Below are positions 39,830 through 52,169 of a DNA stretch of 64,000 nt, piece by piece. Position numbers and translations under genes: made by a program. Location: positions 29,204,001 through 29,268,000 of the forward strand of contig NC_045697.1 of the NCBI RefSeq assembly GCF_009834535.1, written 5' to 3'. The notes beneath the pieces are model-generated. The model was not told the DNA's origin. It made no database searches and saw nothing but the letters and a program-made list of their open reading frames with translations. The DNA is from Camelus ferus (Eukaryota). Within the stretch, counting starts at the first letter, position 1. Every line of letters starts with the position of its first letter.

Positions 39830-40310
39830 GTCTAGAACCACCAGTCTAGAACCACCTTGTATGTCAGCAATACTCACTATCTCAAATGGGATTCAGGAAT
39901 CAAGAATCGAGTCTGTAAGAATTTAGTAAGATTTGTACAGGCCATCTAATCTAACAGTTTTCTACCTATGACTTAATGCCAGTCTAATCCATCCCTACCC
40001 CTCATTCCCATTTACTCCCACTACCTTGATCTTCCCTTTAGAAATTCTATGAATAGCAACCTTCTACATTTCTGAACCATGAAAGTAAAAAGACTTAGAG
40101 AAATGTGGGGCGGTGCAAAACATGTCTAGTCCAGAACCTCCCCTCCCTTCTATCCAATTTTAAAAGCGAGGAAATTGATGAGGTGCCACGTCCAAGGTCA
40201 CTTGTCTGCTAAGCCCAGGGCAGATCCTGGTAAGAAGACTGGTCCTGGTCCAGGGATTTTCCCTAACCCCTTAACTCATTAAGGAAGCCTTACAAGAATC
40301 TGAATCCTGT

Positions 40311-40434
40311 GGGGGAGGGTATAGCTCAGTGGCAGTGTGTGTGCGTAGGATTAAACCCAGGACCTCCATTAAAAATCAATCAATCAATTAACCAATCAAT
40401 CTAATTCACTCTCCCTTCCCTGCAAAAAAATAAA
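40311..40434 (+). mobile_element. Vic-1-like SINE with internal deletion and inversion, inserted in a MIR
   Basis: Normal head to 40347, inverted B-box at 40348-40366, normal cattaaaaat tail; MIR continues at about 40440-40610. Confidence 0.85.
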
Positions 40435-41574
40435 GATTCCTGACCACTATTTACCCTGGGGAAACTGCTTGACCTGTTAGTCCCTCATTTCCACATCTGC
40501 TAGATGAGAATCATAGTAAGACCTACTTCTTAGGATTGGTTCTATAGATTAAATAAAGTCATGTCTGGCATTATCGCAGGTGTTCCTTCAATGTCAGCTG
40601 TTATTGTTAGCCATTATTATTTTCTGTTTTTAACTTTCAACTTCAAACATTTAGTCATAGATAGCTGTTAAGCAATTATTCAAACACAAGCCTCCCTTTT
40701 TCTCTATATGATTACTATAGGTACACATATATAGTAGCCCTTCACCAAAGTATTTTTCTTATTGAAAACAGAATTTAAATAGATGTGAGACTTTCAGGTA
40801 CTATATGTCATTTTGAAAAGTGAGCCACCTTATGCAAAATCAAAAATCACGTCATTTGGCCCAATTAAGCAATAATAAATTTGATTACACCTCATGGGCT
40901 CCACTGGTGTTGACATACTAGAATGAAAAGCTGCAGCCGTTGACAGTTTCTATAGCTATGATTGCAAAACATTATCCATCATAACCTCCTACCTCCACCC
41001 ACTCCTAATGGTTTAGGACTTTCTAAAACATTACTTTTTTGGACTAAAGTTCTCCATTGCTTCAGACCACAAAATAGCATCTTATTCCTACCAATTTGGA
41101 AATACATGCTCAATCTTTTTTTTTTTTTTCTTTTTAGAATAACCACTAGTAGGGGAGGAGGGCTTACAGTGGTGGTACTAAAAATAAACCGCTAAGCTTC
41201 CATTCCTCCAAGCCCCAAAAGCCCTGTACCTTATTTGCTGTCATATGCCCAGTGCTTCCTCTAGAAGCTCGTGGGTTTGCTAAAAAAAAAATCAGCCTTT
41301 CACAATGTAGTTTAATGTGTCTGTACTGGCTTCCAGTTTCCACTCACATAACATGTGGACCTGCAGCAGATCCTACCTAAAGTGAGGTAAGGAAGAGACA
41401 AGAAATATATTTGCATGTCCTAAACAGATCTATTTGTATGTGCCAATATTTACAGCAAGAATTTGCATGCCTCTAAGGGGTTGTTACTCACAGGGAAATC
41501 CACTGTATTTCATGCTGTACTATTTTCTTTTTATACTTTGTAATATGAGTCTTTGTCCATGCATGATTTACACT

Positions 41575-41775
41575 TAGTTTTCAACATTTAATGTTATTTA
41601 ATATAAACTAAATATATATTTATTATGTATTCTATACTAAATATATTAAATATATTTGATTATCTTAGCACATTCATATTTATACTATATTAGTGTATCA
41701 ATATGTTAAATATATAACACAAATATCAAACATACATTTAATATTAAAGTATTAAATATATATATATATATATAG
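41575..41775. repeat. AT-rich low-complexity tract ending in (TA)n
   Basis: Directly visible. Confidence 0.85.
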
Positions 41776-42049
41776 AATTAATTTGGATTAGAAGATTCTT
41801 AATGGCTAAAACTGTATTTAAGATTTTTTAAGTTAATTCACCCAAACCCATCCCCACCATCAGTTTCCTATACACTGTAGATGTTCAGTTATTGTTACAG
41901 AATTGTTTAGTCATTTGTGATATACTAAAAAAAGGTCACACCTTATCTATGCAAATTTGGACATAATGAGAACAAGAAATAATGAAATCCAAAATAGTTG
42001 CCTGTGAAGAAGTGCATCCTCTTCTTGCGGGAGGTGCTGGATACAAAAG

Positions 42050-42900
42050 GGAGACTTTCAACATCTCTTCGGGATGTTTAACAGGCATCTCAGTAAACAT
42101 GCCCCAAACTGAACTCTTGATTCCCTCTGTCCCCCTCACACCTGTTCTCCTTCAGTTTCCCCCCATCAAACCCAGTAACTCCAGCCAGAACCCTCACTCC
42201 TTCCTCCACACCTACATCTTGGTATTTCTCTCAGCCATTGGTGAAACCCCTGCCACAGCTGAACTGAGACGGTAAAAAAGGCAAGAGGATGCACAGAAGA
42301 AATGGCACCCAATTAACCAGCTTCTCTCCGCCTACACTGTCAGCTTCAAAAAGGAACTCCTAATTTTCTCGCTTTGTCTGCTGCAACAGCCTCCCTGCAA
42401 TCCAGTGCAATCCAGTCTTCACCCAGCAGTCAGTTACCTTTTAACAAGTAAATCATTTTTCATGGCTTCCCATTGGGCTCAGGAGTGACAAAACTCTTTC
42501 CCATGGTCTGGAAGGACCTACATTCTCTTGGACTCAGTTACCCCCATGACCTCACCTCACGCCCCCACAACTCCTTGCTCACTGCAGCAACAATAACCTC
42601 CTTTACGTCCTTGATATGCCCAGCTTTTCCTAGCCTTAGAACCTTCATAAATGTTACTTCTAGCAATGATCTTTCTTCCATCAGACACCTTGAGTATCAC
42701 TTCCTTGGAGGAGCCTTCTCTGACCACTCTAGCTAAAAATCCCACCTTCTGTCATCTAGTACCTCTTAGTTCCTTCAGAGTACTGAATCCCATCTCAACC
42801 CCCAAAGAAAGCCCCATGAGGGCAGAGAACTTTTATTCTCCCCTGCACACCTAGTACCCAGTGTCGGGCATGTAGCAGCTACTCAATAAATAACAGTTGA
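42050..42900 (+). mobile_element. L2 LINE
   Basis: ggatgtttaacaggcatctca...aacatgccccaaactgaactcttgatt...atgagggcagagaac...ctcaataaata. Confidence 0.85.
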
Positions 42901-43323
42901 GTCTGTGTCTACTTTAGAAAAATATGTTTTTTTCAATGTCTAGTTTGAACTAATTTAATTCATATTTATCTTTTTTTCAAGTGTACCTAATTACTAAGTC
43001 TTTATTTTGATAAATTTTTTCTAACTCATAAATAATTACCACTAGCTCCACCTACATAGTATATTGTTAAAGTCAGGTCTAATTTAACATTTATATGCTA
43101 TTCATTTTTAATGTCCCATTCAGTACATATAAGTAATAAAATGATTTGCAGAAAGTACAAGAAATATTAGCAGATTGTTAGGTTTTTTTAAAAAATTTCT
43201 CAAATTGTCCAGTTACTATCAATCGTGATGATAGCTTCCGAATCAGCTTTAAAAAATGAAAAAATACCGAAATAATTCTAAATCAGCCACAAGCCATTAT
43301 CAACAATAGTCAGAAATAACTAA

Positions 43324-43473
43324 GAGGGGAAGGTATAGCTCAGTGGTAGAGAACATGCTTAGCAGGCATGAGGTCCTGGGTTCAATCCCCAGTACCTCCA
43401 TAAAAATAAATAAGTAAATAAATAAACCTCCTTACAATGCCCCCCAAAAACCCAAAAATAAATTTAAAAAAAT
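43324..43473 (+). mobile_element. Vic-1-like SINE
   Basis: Full head; TSD aaataactaa at 43314-43323 and 43474-43483. Confidence 0.93.
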
Positions 43474-44504
43474 AAATAACTAAATCCCAGGATCCTCATG
43501 TACTTTCAGCAGAATTTATATATTACTGCTTTTTCTTCCTTTTTTTTTTTTTTGCAAAGAATCCTCCTGGCTTGTACACTCACCTTTAAGATCATTTCTG
43601 GGGTCCCCAACCTAGTAGCTACAGGATTCCACCAGCCACTGGGAAAGTCCTTTACAGTGCCAAGTGATGGATCTAAAAAGGGCATGTGGGCACACAGAGG
43701 GAGCTGTACCTCCAAGGACCAAGAAATACAATTCTGCCAAACCAAGGAAAACTGTGCAATGCAGAGAGAGAGAGTGAGGCTGGGGCTAGCAAATCAGTAT
43801 GACAGATCAGAGAGTGGTTGTGCCACTCGGTAAAGGCAAGACCGAAGTTTTGTAAAAGGTTCTGGAGAAATATTAAAGACTCGGACAATGACACCAGCCC
43901 TCATTTCATGCCAGGTCAAGGGAGAACACTTAACTGAGCTTGGCAATCGAGAAAAAAATCTAAATGGAATCTGCAGCAGCAGTTGGCATTTGGCCAAATC
44001 TCAAAGGTCAAAAGAGATAGCTTAAAAAAAAAATAAACTTGTCTTGACATTTACTTTCAGAAAAATCATTAATTATAATTAAATGACAAAAGAAAATGTG
44101 ATCAACAATATAGCAACATGAGTTAGTCAAGTGCAATTATCTGTAGGGCATGCAATTCACAAGACTGGTTCAAAACAGAGCTGTAAGACTGAGATGGAAA
44201 TCACAAAAAGATTGCCAAAGACGAGGCTTTGATTTGGAAACAGAGAAGTGCTGGAGTGATTGCACCATCCCCACACTTAGCTCTGCCTTGCTCGTTACTT
44301 AGTCATCTGCCTCCATCAGGGGCTCGCAGTGGCACAGAAAATAATGAAACCAGAGGAACCAGAGAAAATATGGCAGCTTAGCAGGAAAGGTCTGGGGGGA
44401 AAAAATCATGCGTATTCAGAAAGATGTGTTCGTGGTTAAACTTTAAGTAGAACACACAAATAGTACTACACTTTCAGTCATACTTGTGCTGTATAAAAAG
44501 CCTG

Positions 44505-45150
44505 TGTTTTATTCATTTATTCGACAAATAGTTATGGAGTACCTACTCAATGGCAGACTCTGCTCTAAGGTGCTTGGAACGCATGAATAAATGAAGCAGA
44601 CGTTCTAGTGGGAAGAGACAATGAGCCATATAATCATATAGCATGCCAAAAGGTACTATATAAAAAAAATTAGTGGGGAGGATACAGCTCAGTGGTAGAG
44701 TGTGTGCTTAGCATGCACGAGGTCCTGGGTTCAATCCCCAGTACCTTCATTACAAAAATAAATACCTTCCCCCTCCTCCAAAAAAAAAAAAAGAGCAGGG
44801 TAGAAGCCAGAAAGTACTGACAGGAAGGAGGAATTGCTGTTTTAGAGAAAGGGAGGAAGAGTAAAGACTTGAAGGTGAAAAAGTGAACCATGGATATATC
44901 TGGGGAAGATGGTTCCGAGAGGGCGAAGAGTCAGTGCAAAGGCTCTGGGGTAATAAGTGGTGGTTACAGCAAAGTGATGAGGGAGTGAGTGATAGGAGGT
45001 GAGAATAAAGAGGTAATGGGACTAGAAATACAGTGCCTTATTGGCTTTTGAAGGAGATGGAGGCTCTGGAAAGTTTTAACAGGGAATTATCATGGATACT
45101 GTGCCAAGAACCAAGTATAAGGGGTGAGAGCAAAGGTGGAAGCAGGGAGA
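44505..45150 (-). mobile_element. L2 LINE, interrupted by the SINE at 44674
   Basis: attcatttattcgacaaatagttatggagtacctact...gtgcaaaggctctgggg...ctggaaagttttaa. Confidence 0.75.
44674..44792 (+). mobile_element. Vic-1-like SINE
   Basis: ggggaggatacagctcagtggtagag...gcatgcacgaggtcctgggttcaatccccagtacc with poly-A tail. Confidence 0.93.
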
Positions 45151-46939
45151 AGAGACAAGCAGATTCTGCAGATCCACTGCCAATTTCATTGATTAACCCT
45201 AGCGAAAGGGGCTTAAAGGGTAAGACCTTTCATACATCTCTAGGATGTGTGAGAACAGGGGTGTTATCGTTTGATTTCAGGGTCTGTGTGCCTCCTACAC
45301 TTCCCGCTGGAGGGGTGAGTCCTAGGATCCACTCTGGAAAGGGTGAAGGGAGAATATTCTGAGATCCCTGCCTCCCTAGGCTTGGGCTCAGCAGCTGGGA
45401 GTGATTTGTCTATAAACATGGAGCCACTGCAGATGCAAGGTACAAAGTCCAGGGCTCACTTGTACCATCTGAGCTGGTAGTTCCTGTTTGCTCACTGGCA
45501 AATCTACATATACCTGAGGTGGATCCTGGAACCCACAATGTAAGGCAAAGAGGAAAGGAGGTCCCTGGGCCAAAATATTTGCACCAAGTGGGAAGAGCTA
45601 GCTTGTTACTGGATTCCCTTTGCTCTGCAAATAGCATTTCACTAGAGGCAATTCTCTCAATACTTGTTTGGCCACCTGCCCTCCTTCCTCTTGTCTTTCC
45701 TTACCCAAGAGGACACCAACAGTCCCACCAGAAACACCACCCCACTGTGGCTCAGAGATCTGTATATTCACTTGATGTTGTCCTTCCCCTCTTGATCTCT
45801 GTTCCATCTCCCCAGTTAAAAAAAAATTTTTTAAAAAGCACTTTTTCCCGGTAATTATCTAATACATTCCTTCTAATACATGCAATTTTGAAAACTGCAT
45901 TTTTCCCCTTCCCATAATTACCAAGTAATGAGTCTGGGCCTTTAAAGGATGATAAAGAGCAGAAAAAAGAGGTATAAACTTTTAAACAAATTGATGGGCA
46001 CCCAAGCACTGTCACAATTTGTCCCCTCAATGGCTGTAGCCTCCCATATCGTGCCATGCTTTCAGAGGCTTGGCTGTGGATAAATCTTCCATTCTGGCTC
46101 CTTTCTGAGTTCATTATATCTCCATCATATTTCCTCTATCCAACAATATTTGCTAAAATGCTCTGGAAAAAGTAGAGGTCATCCAAATAAATATGATCCA
46201 TAATACACACCCATGGGATGCAAAGACGCTGTTATTTTAGAAGTTAATGAATTGGGCAAGATTCTTATTTTATTTATTGAGCACTCAACTATAAGCTGGG
46301 GACATTGAGGGACACAAATACTATTCAGACATAAATCCTGCCTCCAAGGAATTTACTTTCTGTTTGGTAGGGAAAACTGTACAGGTACAAAAGTAGCAGG
46401 TGATGTACAATGCCATAAGAAGGACACATAAGACCCTGTGGCACTTCTGAGAAAAGTCTCATACTATACATTACGATTTCTGACTAGTTAATGCTAACCA
46501 ACAGAAGTCATAATAGGCACTACTTAAGTTTACTGTATTAAGTTCTTTTACACAGAATAGTTCTACTTTGCATTAGCCATTTCCAGACTCTATACTCTGT
46601 CTTCAGCAGGACATTTGGCAGTCTCTCACTCAATAGATAACAGCATCATTCTTTTTGCTTCTAATCAACATCTTATAGTTTCCTGAGAGAAAAGAAAAAT
46701 GCACCTTGGCGATTCTAAATTACACTTTCTCCATACAGCTAAGATACAAAAACCAGAAGGAACTTAGCAGAATAGTGCCAGCCTACAACGGGCAATGGCC
46801 ACTTGGTCAAACCAAACCCAAGGAGTGATCTTAGGAAAAGAATCCTGGATGCCAACCAGCAGAAGACGTCACAAAAGGAGTTAGATAAGAATTCAAACAC
46901 AGAAACGCATCCAAACATGATGTCTATGTATATCATGCT

Positions 46940-47160
46940 GACTATGTACCATCTCATACCGACTATGTGCCAGGCAATGTTCTAAGTCTTATTTATCCAA
47001 TAGATTAATTTAATCCTTATAACAGTCCTATGAGGTAGACATTTTACAGTTGGGGAAACTGGGTCACAGAGAGATTTTTTTTTTTAAGGTAACCTGCCTG
47101 AAGTCCCAAAAGTGGCCAAGCCAGGATTTATTTGAACCAAGTCAGTTTGAATTGAGTGCA
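46940..47160 (-). mobile_element. MIR
   Basis: actatgtgccaggcaatgttctaag...tttaatccttataacagtcctatgaggtag...attttacagttggggaaactgg. Confidence 0.85.
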
Positions 47161-50100
47161 AATGGTCATCTTTTTCCCCCAGATTGTCATTTTCCACGCT
47201 GGCTAACCACCTTTTCCTCCTCTCCACATGTGACCAAATTTTGCTGACTGCCCCAAGAACAAACTAGCCCGAGAGCTGAGCTCTCCTCTGCATCAGCATG
47301 CTGTAGCCTTTGCCTTTTAAAATCTAATTAAACTCCAAGGTAAATTCTCAACCACCACATTCTTCCCTGCCAAAGTCTAAAATATAGTAAGATCATCTGC
47401 ATGGAGAAATACATCATAGATATTAGCTGATAGAATTTTTTAAAAAACGAAAACATCAGGCCATTGAATTTTCTGTTAATAATAAGTTGCAGTGCCCCAT
47501 TGAGTTCTCTGTGTCACCAAATCCTCCCAGTTGTAGTTACACAAAGGCAACTTTGTCTTGAGAAGGCTACTGAGAAGATGGGCCTAATCTTGGCAAGGGC
47601 TTGGTGTACCGAGAACCATGTTATTATTTTTAAAAATAAATAACAAACAAAAAGAAATATTATTTAAGCCATCTTTTCAAAAAGCACAGTGCTATTATCA
47701 TCACGGACATGGATCCTTACTTTTAGAAACATGACTATTTTACCTGAGCTTAAAAGGTTCAAATATACATTTTCAGAATGGCAATCAAATTGATCTAAGA
47801 GAATTAACACCTGAAAAAAAACCTCCTTCATTTCATTAAATATTTCTTGGCGTGATGTGAAATGCTTTACAAAAATGATTGAGCTGGGTCTCAGTGCTCT
47901 GAAAGGTAAATACTTTTTATTATAATTTTGCAGGTTGGTATTTCCTTGGTCAGGGGGAGAAGTCCTGTTCCTGTTTCAGCTACACAATGCCCCGCATTCA
48001 TTGTACACCCACCCACTGCGCGTTGGTATATATAGTTAACTCTTGCTCACCCACATATGGATTATCCATAGCTTCTGGGATCAGGTTGTCTTTCTCCCCA
48101 GTAAACGGAAACTTGAGGAATATGAGCAAAATTGCTATTAGCCAAAGCAAAGCACAATCAGGAGGCTAACACTGTCAGCAACTCCTCTTTCATTCAATAT
48201 ATACCCACCTATTATGGTCTTGGTACTGGGCCGCCATGCTCCTGAAAGAACCAGAAACATACAGCGTTCCCAAAGACAAATATCACGATTTGAGACGAGA
48301 GATTGTTTTCTTGATTAATGTAAATAAACGGCTGTAATTTATAAGTAGACATTTTGCACTACCGGGAATCTGCTGAGACCAAAGGATTGATATTTTCTAC
48401 AAATCACAAAGGGTTTTCAGGGTTATACTAGCACTTTGTCTTCTGATGTCATCTCTCCTGAGTGGGCTTCAGAAAGCTAGAGAGTGTACTTTTGATTTCT
48501 AAAATGACTCCACTCTTAAAATCTGATGGAGTTTACCAAAAAAGCAACAGTTACATAGTCAATCACTTCTATTATTGTACCAGTTTCCTTATGTATTGTA
48601 TTTAACATATAAAATGTACACATCTAAACACACCCACAAATCACTTTGGTATGAACTAAGTTCCTAAGATGACAAAAGTGATATACATAATGAAAAAGAA
48701 ACTTCGTATTAAATACATAAGTTACGTAAACTGAGCCACAATCTTTTTTTTCAGGTGCCCTTAAACCACTGCAGAAAGTAGAGGAAAGGCAGAGTGGGAG
48801 TGCAGTTGAAGGGGTGTGCCTTTTGTAATCAGTTTACTTTTGGCTGTAGCAAGAGATGGCATCTTGAACTCATTCAAAGCAGCCATCTATTGCAGTGCAT
48901 TGGGAGCATTTGAATTACCAAGGGTGGGGGGCAGTGAGCCTCAAATTCCTACAGTCACCAGTTCACCTGCAATATTTGAGGGCATTGACAATCTCCACAT
49001 GAGCTTTCTGGTGAATTCCACATTATTTAAAGGTGGAACTCACCTGTTTCGTGGCCATTTATTCCTCCAGACACTCCCTCCCCTTCTACTTTAACTGGAA
49101 AATTCCTTCCTCACCCCCTTTTCAGAGCAAAAAGTAAGAGGTTCTGAAAAGAGGGGGTACACTGACTTCAAGGGAAGGATATCGTTTTCCTGTCTCCTCT
49201 CCCCCATATGGATGCTGACAGGATAGACAAGGAGGCAACTGTGAAAGAGGCAGAAACAATCAGAAAGCAAGCTCAGACCATCTCAGGAGTGTTTTACTGA
49301 CAAGATGATTCAGGACCACACACAAAAAGTGGCAGGATGCCATTTCCCCCTAAATCCTCCAGTATGCACGATGTTTCTAACAATTTGTGGTGGCAGTTGA
49401 ACAATTACTTATTATCATTTCTACTCTAGTTCTCTGGAGTTTCTAAAGGGCTTCTATCTCGTATCCCAGGTCATCCCTGCATTGCCATTATTGCAAATCT
49501 TTTTGCAATTGTTCTTTGAAGCTGTTCACTCTGAGCAGGTGGTTGTGTTGACTAACATGCAACTCTTAACGATATTAAACCAGAAAATCAACATCATCAT
49601 AAGATACAGAGACTGCTCCCAAGAGGAAAAATCTCTCTCTTGATCAGGCCAGCAGCTAAATCATTCCAATATAACCTTTAACTTGGAATCATTCCAAAAA
49701 ACACTTTTTAAACTGATTTACATATTCATTGTAATTTCACAAACATTTGGCACACAAAGTCTAGATTAACGCAAAAATCTATTCTTTTTCTAAGTCTTCT
49801 GAATCCCAAACTTTAGTCCTCTTCAGAGTCTTTTCTTGGATTTTGCATCCTCTGGGAAAACTGAATCAGTTTCCCTTGAACCTTGGTCCAACTTTAAGGA
49901 GATCTCCCTCCCCCTCCACCAGCACCCCTACATCCATTCCCTGGCCCTTTCCTGAAATATCAGAAGGGACTTGAAATGTGGAGGTGGAAACCTGTCTGAA
50001 ATAGGCAAATACTTTCCTACAGCAGTCGAAGCTCAGTCATTTGGGACATGATTTATTTTTAATCATCAGATCAAGAGGAGAATTTGGAAACCAAATTCAT

Positions 50101-51921
50101 TTTGTAGGAAAATAATTTCATTTACTCTAACCTTCTAATCTTTGTTTAAATTACTGAGAACAGGTTCCGTTACTAGTAAACCAAAGAGAACAGTCTAATC
50201 TGAATGCTTTTATCATGTGAGGGGAAAAAAAAAATGGGAGTCATCTTAAACACTAGTCAGAGCAAGTACAGAGGACGCGTGTCCAGAGGCACATAGTTTC
50301 CTTGCTTTGTATCTTGATCTCACCCTCAGTGTCGCCAACTGCTTTGGGCAGAATCCTTTCACAATTTAGAGCATCAGAGTAATCAAAAATACTTTGACAA
50401 TGAAAACTGTGGAGATCGGAGTAAAAAGATGATGGCAAATTTTTAATCCTACAAACTTCTGAGAACTCAATAACCAAATAAACTTTCAAAATTTGATTCA
50501 TTTTCAGCATATGTTCACAAAAGACTATTGAGCAGATAAATTTAAGTGTACCCTAGTCAGATAAAGAAGCATGGCAGTTAGACTAGCAGCTTGGCTTTTG
50601 TCAATTTATTTCTTCCCTAAACAAATATTGAAAGTTAATGATGAAGCTGAGTTCTTGTGAAATGTCTGATTCCTCATTCTCCCAGTATGCAGTACTTAAG
50701 TCAGAGAGACCAACACTATGTACAGCAGAACAAGGTGAAGGGAAAGGTAGACCAGAAAAAATACAAAAACCCAAATCTTTTTTTTCCTCCTCCTGTTTCC
50801 CCTTCAGACTGGGTTGGTTTTGTTTCCCTCCAAGATTTCAGTTCATCAATCTGACAAAGAGTATTATTTAAATTAACAGCAACACAAAGTCCCACAAAGT
50901 GCTATCTCATTGCCTTGATTGAGTTTGCCTCTAGGTTGTCTCCGGTTTGTCTATAGGTTGTGTTTCATGCTGCTGACAACCTTACACGTTTTACAATTGG
51001 TACCTGCAATTCTCAAGATCTAAACTGCAGTTGTGCTTAAAACTGCGACAACTTCATGTTTGTGTTGTCAACCCTGTCTTTTCTCTGCCTCCAGCATTAA
51101 AAGTTTTAAAGAACACGTTTCTTATCTACATTCCTGTAAAGAAAACTGAGTGAGCCGTTAAAATGCCACTAGAAAAAAGTTGATTTTTCGTTCAAATCAC
51201 TACGGCCTATGAGTAAGTACCCTGAGGACACTATCTTTCTATCACTTTGATAAGCCTTCATGAAAGAAGCTGCATCCCCAAATGCCTTGGGACAGTACCC
51301 AAGAGTAGATGAACTTTTACCTAATTAAAAAATGAATCACTTATTTGAAAAATTCCACTTCATTTATTTTAACTGATTTCTTAAATATCCAGTGACTGGT
51401 GATTTGCCAGCTGTCATAGTTCATCAGCCCTACAGTTTCAGGCAGATTGAAATTTTAACAACTAAGCCTGCACTCAGGGTTACCTTGGGAGGTAAATGAC
51501 TGCAGGAAGACATTCCCCCTTCCCCCGGCCTAAACACTCAAATGAGATGCCTGTCACCAATGTTTCCTCAATTTCACTTTACTAATGAGTCTAAAAAGTC
51601 ACCTGTGCCTCTGCACAGCCCAATCATATGCTTTCAAGGACAAAAAAAAAAAAAAATCTGTCCCTTGTATGGAAAAGGTTTCATCACCAAAGGAAACATG
51701 ATGGGGCTGACTGTACATGATTTTCTGCTTTTCCAGAAGCTGACACTTTTAAAATCTTTTTCTAAACCGTTGCTTTCCCATTAAATATACCAGAGTCGGA
51801 AGGGGGATAGTAGAATAAGGGAGATAAGGGCTAAAAAGAGAAGAAAACAAAATTTCAAAATTGGGACCCAAATGTAAGATTAAGGGACAGTAGTTAGAAG
51901 GATTGCCAAAAACTACCTTAC

Positions 51922-52160
51922 CTTTGTTATGTATTTGCGGTCGCCCACTTCAGAAATTTACACCATTCACAGCCGGGTAGCAATTTACACAGCTAGGAAG
52001 TAACCTACCACATCTTCTCGGCCTCCCTCTTTTTAATGTAAAACCAAAATAAGGAGTGTCCAGCTACTCCCCACTGTGCCGCTTAAAGCAACAGATCGTT
52101 TAGGCTTAGCTCCCAGACTCTGGGAATTCCAGTTTGTCAGAATTTCTTAACCTTGGAAAC
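51922..52160 (-). other. Candidate 5' non-coding exon of an unidentified minus-strand gene (may extend to a TSS near 52430)
   Basis: Acceptor tttctctcttcag|g at 52161/52160; strong donor caaag|gtaagg at 51922/51921; adjacent to the CpG-rich region; its only ATGs open 2-codon uORFs. Confidence 0.5.
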
Positions 52161-52169
52161 CTGAAGAGA

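Noticed and set aside
43324..43400. tRNA-like sequences with A and B boxes, 12 copies
   Set aside because: They carry A-rich tails, TSDs and divergent anticodon arms, so they are SINEs rather than tRNA genes; they are dispersed, so not a CRISPR-like array
46739..46930. + strand acceptor-like site (ctttctccatacag) followed by purine-rich, exon-like sequence
   Set aside because: No clear donor, no recognisable protein, runs into a MIR, and lies on the strand opposite the promoter's splice signals
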